Made by a program: the position numbers and the translations under genes
In this document: piece by piece, positions 56,881-64,000 of the stretch
How positions within the stretch are numbered: the stretch's first letter is position 1
How the letters are laid out: every line of letters starts with the position of its first letter
Notes under the pieces: model-generated
The model's database searches: none
Told to the model about the DNA's origin: nothing
The model's input: only the letters and a program-made list of their open reading frames with translations
DNA from: Planctomycetota bacterium
GTDB taxonomy: Bacteria > Planctomycetota > UBA1135 > JACQFD01
Length of the DNA: 64,000 nucleotides
Direction of reading: 5' to 3'
NCBI GenBank assembly: GCA_046160785.1
Contig: JBJXHE010000112.1
Location: 77,016 to 141,015 of the forward strand

Positions 56881-58736
56881 TTTTTCACTCCGTCGAACGG
56901 CTGGAACACTTTCAGCGCAGACTCAATCGCGTTCGACGCTGTCTGCCCAAGGCCACAGATGGAGGCGTCGCGCATCGCTTGGCCCAGTTCAGCGAATAGT
57001 AGTTTTTCAGTCGCGACGCCACCCAGAGTCTGGCCCGAAACGAGTCTTGCGAGCAGCTCCTCCTGTCGCACAGTGCCTACACGACAGGGCACACACTGTC
57101 CGCACGATTCATCGCGAAAGAATTCCGCGATGCGCTGCAGAAGTGGAAGTAATTGTACGGTGTCGTCGAGGACAAGGATCACACCCGAACCGAGAGTAGA
57201 CCCGGCGGCGCGCGCTCCTTCGAAGGATAGCGGCATGTCTAGTTGCGTGGAATTCACAAATCCGCCGGCGGCGCCGCCCATTAAGATCCCTTGCAGTGTG
57301 CGTCCCGGCGCGAGACCGCCCGCGAGTTCTAGTACAGTGCGCAGCGGTGTGCCGAACGGCACTTCATAGACACCGGGACGCCCCACACTCCCGCTCACGC
57401 AGAAGAGCTTGGTGCCGGGAGATCCGTCGGTTCCCACCGATTTGTAAGATTGCGCGCCGTCACTCACGATGTGTAACACTGCTGCCAGTGTTTCCACATT
57501 GTTGATGGCCGTCGGTTTTGCGAAGAGTCCGGAGTGCACGGGAAAGGGTGGTTTGGAGCGCGGTTCGCCACGGAAGCCCTCGACTGAAGCGAAGAGAGCT
57601 GTCTCTTCCCCACAGATGTAGGCGCCGCCGCCGCTGCGCAGCTCGATGTCGAAACCAAATCCGCGCCCCATCACATTGGCGCCGAGAAGTCCCGCCGCGC
57701 GAGCCTGTTCGATCGCCGATGCAAGCCTAGAGTGCGCGAGCGGATATTCGCCTCGAAGATACAGATAGCCGCGCTCTGAGCGCGTCGCGAAACCGGCAAT
57801 GGTCATGGCCTCAACAATACAGAAAGGGTCTTGTTCAACAAGAACCCGATCCTTGAAGGTGCCCGGTTCCGACTCATCGGCATTGCAGACCACATAGTGG
57901 GGCTGTGCCTCGGCGCGCGCGACTGCCTCCCATTTGCGGCCTGTAGGAAACGCGGCGCCGCCGCGTCCTACAAGTTTCGAATTGGACACCTCCGCGATCA
58001 CCGCGTCGGCACCCATGGTGAAGGCACGATCGAGGGCGTGGTAGCCGCCGTGAGATCGATAGAGTGACAGGCTGCTTGGGTCTACTGTGTCCGCACGCGC
58101 GAGCAGACGGCGCGGACCGAGCACACCCAATGTACAGGGTGTGCGTTCCACCGTTTCGCCGCGCAGCGCGCTCTCGATTCGCCCGACCGTTGCATGGCCG
58201 AAACTCTGTACCACGGGCGATTCACCGGCGACTGTGACCAGCGCCGCTGGCGCCTGATCGCACAGACCCAGACAGGGACTGTGCGACCACGCCGGCAGAG
58301 TGTGCACACGATCGGCGACTGTGTGATTCTCCGAGTGGGGATCCGCACGGTGTGCCGAGTGTGCGGGCGCGCCATGTTTTTGTTGCATCTCTGCGCACAG
58401 CGCATCCGCCCCTGCCATTTTGCAGGCGATGTCGTCGCAGACATGTGCAAACGCGCGTGGACGTTCATTCAATGCCAGTAATGCATAGAAGGTGGCGACT
58501 CCCCAGCCTTCCGCGGGCGGCACACCCAGCCGCTCGCATACATACCCAAGACCCCCTGGGCTCACCCAGCCAATCTCCGCTTGCAACGCAAGTAGACCCG
58601 GAAGCAAGTAGGTGCGCCGCGCCTTGGTCGCTTGAAGCGAAAACACGGATTCGCCCTCGGCAAGAGGTGCTAGTGCACGATCAACAGCCCGCCTTTCAGC
58701 GTCCGAAGGTCTTGCGGAGATGGGTTTCAGGTCCAT
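56877..58736 (-). CDS. NuoE-like (2Fe-2S thioredoxin-like) and NuoF-like (FMN/NAD, 4Fe-4S) fusion; diaphorase subunit of formate dehydrogenase
   Basis: 619 aa. N-terminal part HVCDDIACKMAG. Then GRGGAAFPTGRKWE, YICGEETALFASVEG and ESCGQCVPCRVG. ATGA overlap with the downstream gene. Confidence 0.85.
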   Translation of the reverse strand: MDLKPISARPSDAERRAVDRALAPLAEGESVFSLQATKARRTYLLPGLLALQAEIGWVSPGGLGYVCERLGVPPAEGWGVATFYALLALNERPRAFAHVCDDIACKMAGADALCAEMQQKHGAPAHSAHRADPHSENHTVADRVHTLPAWSHSPCLGLCDQAPAALVTVAGESPVVQSFGHATVGRIESALRGETVERTPCTLGVLGPRRLLARADTVDPSSLSLYRSHGGYHALDRAFTMGADAVIAEVSNSKLVGRGGAAFPTGRKWEAVARAEAQPHYVVCNADESEPGTFKDRVLVEQDPFCIVEAMTIAGFATRSERGYLYLRGEYPLAHSRLASAIEQARAAGLLGANVMGRGFGFDIELRSGGGAYICGEETALFASVEGFRGEPRSKPPFPVHSGLFAKPTAINNVETLAAVLHIVSDGAQSYKSVGTDGSPGTKLFCVSGSVGRPGVYEVPFGTPLRTVLELAGGLAPGRTLQGILMGGAAGGFVNSTQLDMPLSFEGARAAGSTLGSGVILVLDDTVQLLPLLQRIAEFFRDESCGQCVPCRVGTVRQEELLARLVSGQTLGGVATEKLLFAELGQAMRDASICGLGQTASNAIESALKVFQPFDGVKK

Positions 58737-58752
58737 GTTACAGTTGCTTTTT

Positions 58753-60645
58753 TTATAGCTTTTCCACCCGAACTGCAGCGGCCTTGAATTCAGCAGTACC
58801 GGAGAGTGGATCCGTGGCGTCGATCGTTAATAAATTCGTTTCCACTTCATCGGGGTAATGAAATGTCATGAAGACCAGACCCTTGCGGAGTCCCGGATCC
58901 ACGCGCGCGGGCGCCACGACACTACCGCGACGGGAAACGACGCGGACTTCCTCGCCTTCAGACAACTGGAGCGCGTCCAGATCTTCGGGTGACAGGTCTA
59001 CAGTCTCACCCCGCCGCATCGGACTGTCATAACCGTTGCTCTGCACTCCCGTATTGAACGAATCGAGGCGGCGTCCCGTCGTGAGGCGCAATGGATACTC
59101 TGCATCAAGCGCCTCCACAGGCGGTTCATCCTCACAGGGGTGAAACTCCACGCGCGTTCCTTCGAGCGGCTCCTTCCAGAGTCTGCTGTGCAGAAACGTC
59201 GTGCCCGGATGGGTCTCATCAGGGCAAGGCCACTGAATGCCACCTAGTTCCTCAAGGCGCGAGTAACTCATGCCGCGGTGCATGGGGCTGAGTCTGCGCA
59301 TCTCGTCCCACGCCGCCTGTGCCGTGCGAAATCCCAGATCGTAGTCGAGTCGTTTTGCGAGATCGGCAAGGATCTCCAAATCGTCGCGCGATTCGCCTGG
59401 CGCCGCGAGCGCTTTGCGCACGCGCTGCACACGCCGTTCACTATTCGTGACGGTTCCCTCGGCTTCACAAAAACTAGCGGTCGCCGGAAAAAGCACATCG
59501 GCCATCTCGGCAGTGCGCGTCATCACGATGTCTTGGACTATGATGTGCTCAAGTCCTTTTAACAATTTCAAACAGTGGGTCGCGTCGGCCTCACTCTGAG
59601 CGGGGTTCTCGCCAATCACATAAAGCGAAGTTAACTTTCCATGTTCCATCGCTTCAAACATCTGCGTCAGGTGCCAGCCCTTTTTCGGAGGCACAGGACG
59701 GCCGTAGAGTGCGTCATAACGCGCGCGAATCATATCGTTCTCCACATCTTGGAATCCGGGGAGTTTGTGCGGTAGTGCGCCAGAGTCGCCGCCTCCCTGC
59801 ACATTGTTCTGGCCGCGCAACGGATTGAGGCCGCTCCCCCACTTGCCCACATGTCCTGTCAACAGTCCGAGATTGATCAACGAAAACACATTCTCAACAG
59901 CATTGTGATGTTCGGTGATGCCAAGAGTCCAACAGATCATCGCCTTGCCGGCCGTTGCATAGTCTCTCGCTACTTTTCGAATCAAATCGGCGGGCACTCT
60001 CGAAATCGCAGCGGCACGATCGACATCATAGTGCTGCAGTTTCGCGCGGTAGTCCTCAAACTTCGCAGTCGCGTTTTTGATAAATTTACAATTTTCGAGA
60101 CCTTCATCTAGAATGGATCGGCCAATCCCATTTGCGAGTGCGATGTCGGCGCCCACTTCGACGGGCAACCACGCCTCCGCCCACTGTGCCGTAGTCGTGT
60201 GACGCGGATCAATCACATAGAGTCGCGCGCCGCGCTTCACTGCCTTCAGCACATGGTGAAAAAAAATGGGGTGTGTTTCACGCGCATTCGACCCCCACAG
60301 CAGTAGAACATCAGCATCCTCGACTTCGCGATACGAAGAAGTTCCACCGCCCGCGCCAAAAACCGTCGCCAGACCGACGACGCTCGGAGCGTGTCAGGTT
60401 CTGTTACAACTATCGATATTGTTAGATCCGACGGCCGCGCGAATGAACTTCTGCGCGGCGTAATTCACTTCATTTGTAGCCTTCGAACAACTGAATATGC
60501 CAAACGTCGAAGGCCCGTGAGCCGCCACACTCCGCTTTATTCCGGCGGCCGCACGATCGAGCGCCTCCTCCCAGCTCGCACGGCGGAGTTTGCCGTTCTC
60601 TCGAACCATGGGATAGGTGAGTCGCTGTGTTGGAGTGGATTTCAT
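58753..60645 (-). CDS. fdhA: Formate dehydrogenase catalytic (Mo/W-bisPGD) subunit, selenocysteine-containing; lacks the N-terminal Fe-S domains
   Basis: Joins track ORFs 60394..60891 (from internal ATG 60645, MKSTPTQRLTYPMVRENGKLRRASWEEAL) and 58753..60252 across the in-frame TGA at 60396..60394. The joined sequence reads ...NNIDSCNRT-U-HAPSVVGLATVFGAGGGTSSY.... The C-terminal molybdopterin-binding domain ends ...TAEFKAAAVRVEKL. Confidence 0.8.
60355..60393 (-). promoter_or_regulatory. SECIS-like hairpin immediately 3' of the UGA codon
   Basis: mRNA: UGA CAC GCU CCG AGC GUC GUC GGU CUG GCG ACG. The stem is CGUCGUC/GGCGACG (60382-60376 with 60370-64, 7 bp including one G.U). The apical loop is GGUCU and starts 6 codons after the UGA. 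Confidence 0.65.
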
Positions 60646-60823
60646 AGAGGGTGTTCGACCGGCTTTTGAGGACGGCAAAGAGTAACCGAGCGCTGCAAAA
60701 TTGAAGTGTAGAAAAGTCGGTACTCCGCGCTGATGGGTGTTGGAATGGTCGCACCCTGCTCCGGAGCGAGTCTGTCGGTTCATGCCATTGTCGAAACACC
60801 TCACGAGCGAGTACATTCGTACC

Positions 60824-61408
60824 ATGCCAGACGAGCCCGCAAGAGGCGACGCTTTAACCAACCTTATGGCGGAGGCGGCAAGTGGTGACAAGGCCGCCGC
60901 GGACAGTTTGCTGCCCTTCGTCTACGAGCAATTGCGCCGTGCGGCTCAGCTCGATCTCGCGAAGGAACGCAAAGACCAAACGCTTTCCGCGACCGCGCTC
61001 GTTCACGAGGCTTACTTGAAACTTGTGGGTCCGCGAGAAGTGGCATGGGCTAATCGCGCCCACTTTTATGTCGCGGCCGCGGAAGCAATGCGGCGCATTG
61101 TGCTTGATCACGCACGTGCGCGCGGCCGGCGCGGCGGGACGCGCATTCGGATCGAAGAGATTCGCGACGTCGCGAGCATCGCGGGAGCAGACTCGGAACT
61201 AATCTTGGCAGTCGATGAGGCGATCGAACGCTTAGCGAGTGAGGACCCCGAGGCCGCAGCCATCGTGAGGCTGCGGTTCTACGCGGGACTCAGCGTCGAC
61301 GAAGCGGCGGCCGCTACTGGGATCTCGCCGCGAACGGCGGCGCGCCTGTGGACCTACGCACGCGCAGTCCTCTACCGGGAATTGCGCTCAGACTCAAACC
61401 TCAAATAA
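60824..61408 (+). CDS. ECF sigma factor of the kinase-associated type (Sigma70_ECF / TIGR02999-like)
   Basis: The track ORF begins at 60737. I prefer ATG 60824 (MPDEPARGDALTNLMAEAASGDKAAADSLLPFVYEQLRRAA). ALVHEAYLKL and the region-4 segment ...RLRFYAGLSVDEAAATGISPRTAARLW follow. Confidence 0.8.
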   Translation: MPDEPARGDALTNLMAEAASGDKAAADSLLPFVYEQLRRAAQLDLAKERKDQTLSATALVHEAYLKLVGPREVAWANRAHFYVAAAEAMRRIVLDHARARGRRGGTRIRIEEIRDVASIAGADSELILAVDEAIERLASEDPEAAAIVRLRFYAGLSVDEAAAATGISPRTAARLWTYARAVLYRELRSDSNLK

Positions 61409-64000
61409 ATGAACACTCCGAATCGCAAACAACAGGCTCGACGTGTCTTTCTGACGCTAGTTGACCTCACGGAATCGGCGCAACACATTGCTTTGGAGCA
61501 AGCATGTGGCGACGACGCCGCACTGCGAGCCGAGGTGGAAGAGTTGTTGCTCGCGGACCGAGAAGCAAAGGGGTTCTTGTCGCTACCATCAGGTTTGCAA
61601 CCCGTGTCAGATTCGGTAGAACAGCCCGGCTCGCAGATCGGCCACTACAAACTGCTCGAACAGATCGGCGAGGGCGGCATGGGCACAGTCTGGATGGCAG
61701 AGCAGAAGGAACCGGTGAAACGCCGCGTTGCTCTCAAGATCATCAAGCTCGGCATGGACACAAAGCAGGTAGTGGCCCGCTTCGAAGCCGAGCGTCAAGC
61801 ACTAGCAATGATGGATCATCCACACATCGCAAAAGTACTGGATGCAGGCTCTACAGACACGGGCCGTCCGTATTTTGTGATGGAGTACATCAAGGGAATC
61901 CCGATCCTCGAGTACTGCGACCACGAGAAGGTCGACACCAAGACGCGGCTCGAACTGTTCACGTCGGTCTGCCACGCGATCCAGCACGCGCACCAGAAGG
62001 GCATCATCCACCGCGACATCAAGCCGACCAACGTGCTGGTGACGATGCACGACGGCGTGCCGGTGACGAAGGTGATCGACTTCGGCATCGCCAAGGCGAC
62101 CAACAGCGAGCTGACGACGAAGACGCTGTTCACCGAGCACCGGCAGATGGTCGGCACGCCGGCGTACATGAGCCCGGAGCAGGCCGAGCTCAGCGGCCTC
62201 GACATCGACACGCGTTCGGACATCTACAGCCTCGGGGTGCTGCTGTATGAGCTGTTGACCGGCACGACGCCGTTCGACATCAAGGACCTGATGGCGAAGG
62301 GCTTTGCTGAGATGATGCGCACGATCCGTGAGGTCGAGCCGCACAAGCCGAGCACCAGGATCTCGACGCTGGGGGAGACCGGCACGCGCACGGCGCTGCA
62401 GCGCAAGGTCGACGCGAAGAAGCTGGGTTCGCTGCTGCGCGGCGACCTCGACTGGATCGTGATGAAGTGCTTGGAGAAGGATCGTTCGCGTCGCTACGAG
62501 ACCGCGAACGGCCTCGCTGCCGACATCAAGCGGCACCTCAACGACGAGCCGGTCACCGCGGGCGCGCCGAGTGCGGGCTACCGGCTGCGCAAGTTCGCCA
62601 AGCGGAACAAGGTCCAGGTGCTCGCGGGCGGTGCGGTTGCCGCAGCACTGCTGATCGGCGTCGTCGCTTTCGCGTGGCAAGCCAAGATCGCCGACGAACA
62701 GCGCATCGATGCCGAGGAAGCTCGCCTGTCCGAGACCGAGCAGCGCAAGCTCGCGGACGCCTCGAAGACCGAAGCCGAAGCGCAGGCGAAGATCGCGAAG
62801 GCGCAGGGAGCCGAAGCGAAGAAGTCAGCCGTCGAAGCCAGGGCGCAAGAAGCCGAAGCCAAGAAGCAGGCCGCTATCGCCGAGGCGATCGCGAAGTTCC
62901 AGACCGAGATGCTGGCCGCCGCCGACCCGCAGAAGCTGCTCGGCGACAAGGTGACGGTGGTGCAGGTGATGGACGCAGCGGTCAAGCTGCTGGATACGGG
63001 TTCGCTCAAGGACCAGCCGCTGGTGGAGGCGGATGTGCGCGCGACGATCGGCCTTACGCTGATGGGGCTGGGACGCTTCGCCGACGCCGAGCCGAACCTG
63101 CGGAAGTCGCTGGCGATCCTCCGCGCGTCCCTCCCCGCCGGGCACCCGGACATTGCCGCGGGCCTGAACAACCTCGGGGAGTTCCTGCGGACCCAGAACG
63201 AGCTCGCCGAGGCCGAGCCGCTCTACCGCGAAGCGCTGGAGATCCTCCGCGCGTCCCTCCCCGCCGGGCACCCGGACATCGCCAAGGGCCTGAACAACCT
63301 CGCGGTTCTCCTGCAGGCCCAGAACAAGCTCGCCGAGGCCGAGCCGCTCTTCCGCGAAGCGCTGCAGATCCGCCGCGCGTCCCTCCCCGCCGGGCACCCG
63401 GACATCGCCACCGGCCTGAACAACCTCGCGGCTCTCCTGCAGTCCCAGAACAAGCTCGCCGAGGCCGAGCCGCTCTTCCGCGAAGCGCTGCAGATCCGGC
63501 GCGCGTCCCTCCCCGCCGGGCACCCGGACATATCCACTGGCTTGAACGAACTCGCGGTGCTCCTGCATACCCAGAACAAGCTCGCCGAGGCCGAGCCGCT
63601 CTTCCGCGAAGCGTTGGAGATCTGCCGCGCGTCCCTCCCCGCCGGGCACCCCGATATCGCCGCCCCGCTGCACAACCTCGCGTCGCTCCTGCAGGCCCAG
63701 AACCAGCTCGCCGAGGCCGAGCCGCTCTTCCGCGAAGCGCTGCAGATCCGCCGCGCGTCCCTCCCCGCCGGGCACCCGGACATCGCCGCTGGCCTGAACA
63801 ACCTCGCGATGCTCCTGCAGGTCCAGAACAAGCTCGCCGAGGCCGAGCCGCTCTACCGTGAACTGCTGGAAATCCGCCGACGGCAGCATGCCGGCGACCA
63901 CGCCGACATCGCCTTCTGTCTCGCCAACCTCGGCCGATGTCTCCATGACCAGAATCGAACCGCCGATGCGGAACACCCACTCCGGGAGGCTGTGGCCATG
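61409..64000 (+). CDS. Ser/Thr protein kinase with one TM helix, a coiled coil and TPR (42-aa, TPR_10/12-like) repeats; partial, runs off the window
   Basis: Missing from the track because there is no stop in the window. Manual translation from ATG 61409: MNTPNRKQQ...IGHYKLLEQIGEGGMGTVWMAEQ...VALKIIK...IIHRDIKPTNVLV...VIDFGIAK...GTPAYMSPEQ. The TM helix is VLAGGAVAAALLIGVVAFAW. Repeats LAEAEPLFREALQIRRASLPAGHPDIA.GLNNLA.LLQ.QNK follow. Confidence 0.85.
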   Translation, partial: MNTPNRKQQARRVFLTLVDLTESAQHIALEQACGDDAALRAEVEELLLADREAKGFLSLPSGLQPVSDSVEQPGSQIGHYKLLEQIGEGGMGTVWMAEQKEPVKRRVALKIIKLGMDTKQVVARFEAERQALAMMDHPHIAKVLDAGSTDTGRPYFVMEYIKGIPILEYCDHEKVDTKTRLELFTSVCHAIQHAHQKGIIHRDIKPTNVLVTMHDGVPVTKVIDFGIAKATNSELTTKTLFTEHRQMVGTPAYMSPEQAELSGLDIDTRSDIYSLGVLLYELLTGTTPFDIKDLMAKGFAEMMRTIREVEPHKPSTRISTLGETGTRTALQRKVDAKKLGSLLRGDLDWIVMKCLEKDRSRRYETANGLAADIKRHLNDEPVTAGAPSAGYRLRKFAKRNKVQVLAGGAVAAALLIGVVAFAWQAKIADEQRIDAEEARLSETEQRKLADASKTEAEAQAKIAKAQGAEAKKSAVEARAQEAEAKKQAAIAEAIAKFQTEMLAAADPQKLLGDKVTVVQVMDAAVKLLDTGSLKDQPLVEADVRATIGLTLMGLGRFADAEPNLRKSLAILRASLPAGHPDIAAGLNNLGEFLRTQNELAEAEPLYREALEILRASLPAGHPDIAKGLNNLAVLLQAQNKLAEAEPLFREALQIRRASLPAGHPDIATGLNNLAALLQSQNKLAEAEPLFREALQIRRASLPAGHPDISTGLNELAVLLHTQNKLAEAEPLFREALEICRASLPAGHPDIAAPLHNLASLLQAQNQLAEAEPLFREALQIRRASLPAGHPDIAAGLNNLAMLLQVQNKLAEAEPLYRELLEIRRRQHAGDHADIAFCLANLGRCLHDQNRTADAEHPLREAVAM
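63070..63880 (+). repeat. In-frame tandem DNA repeat, 126-bp period, about 6.4 units (encodes the TPR units of the kinase)
   Basis: The marker gcgtccctccccgccgggcac recurs at 63125, 63251, 63377, 63503, 63629 and 63755, exactly 126 nt apart. The units are near-identical at the nucleotide level. Confidence 0.9.

Noticed and set aside
60646-60891. An N-terminal extension of the formate dehydrogenase ORF (MSPLAASAIRLVKASPLAGSSG...).
   Set aside because: The extension has no resemblance to FDH. It overlaps, on the opposite strand, the start of the divergently transcribed sigma gene. Homology-like sequence begins at the internal ATG 60645 (MKSTPTQRLTYPMVRENGKL).
63070-63880. A regular 126-bp periodic repeat, considered as a possible CRISPR-like array.
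   Set aside because: There is no repeat-spacer alternation. The whole unit is repeated, it is in frame, and it encodes 42-aa TPR units inside the kinase gene.
61504-63980. Several long overlapping ORFs on both strands: 61504..62250 +, 61802..62680 -, 62467..63861 +, 62825..63976 -, 63054..63980 -, 63223..63831 -.
   Set aside because: Their translations are Arg/Pro/Gly/Ala-rich low-complexity sequences typical of wrong frames in very GC-rich DNA. The frame starting at ATG 61409 encodes a complete Hanks kinase, a TM helix and TPR repeats, and explains the region.
1-64000. The high density of TAA/TTA/TAG-containing A/T runs raised the question of stop-codon reassignment.
   Set aside because: All long genes read through cleanly under the standard bacterial code. 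The only in-frame stop needed is the single UGA in the formate dehydrogenase, which has a SECIS-like hairpin and the expected active-site context.

Overview
This is a 64 kb, high-GC, densely coding bacterial fragment with about 46 CDS. I found no rRNA, tRNA, CRISPR array or transposase. Gene content looks like the PVC group or Planctomycetota: a small-basic-protein family member, coiled-coil-fronted lipo-secretins, FG-GAP/ASPIC proteins, and an ECF sigma paired with a Ser/Thr kinase. That taxonomic placement is inference only.

Main blocks:
- (a) Three glycan-assembly sub-clusters at 1-6.8 kb, 11.9-13.6 kb and 16.3-23.8 kb. They hold 5 GT4 modules, 5 GT2 genes, 2 PIG-L deacetylases, a GHMP sugar kinase and a Wzm/Wzt ABC exporter. 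hrpB, malQ and a hybrid histidine kinase lie between them.
- (b) Housekeeping genes: der, queE, an rlmI-like methyltransferase, hsp20 and a family-4 UDG.
- (c) A minus-strand envelope cluster at 37-49.7 kb. It has a PilM-PilN fusion, a PilO-like gene, a 412-aa protein, two tandem lipo-secretins, then a separately transcribed membrane-tethered ECF sigma fused to CarboxypepD_reg repeats.
- (d) A right-hand ~11 kb (53.2-64 kb) with visibly different oligonucleotide and codon style. It carries an FG-GAP protein, a split and permuted NAD-type formate dehydrogenase operon whose catalytic gene needs UGA-selenocysteine recoding (SECIS-like hairpin present), and an ECF sigma plus Ser/Thr-kinase-TPR pair.

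Two real genes are missing from the ORF track because they run off the window edges (1..1835 minus; 61409..64000 plus).

Other items worth a second look:
- a conserved four-cysteine insertion in all five GT4 modules;
- a 150-bp palindromic intergenic element present twice with copy-specific complementary arms;
- a hairpin-dense 535-bp convergent intergenic region;
- a GT2 gene whose conserved N-terminus lies upstream of any canonical start codon.

All numbers quoted were counted by hand from the sequence. No database search was run.
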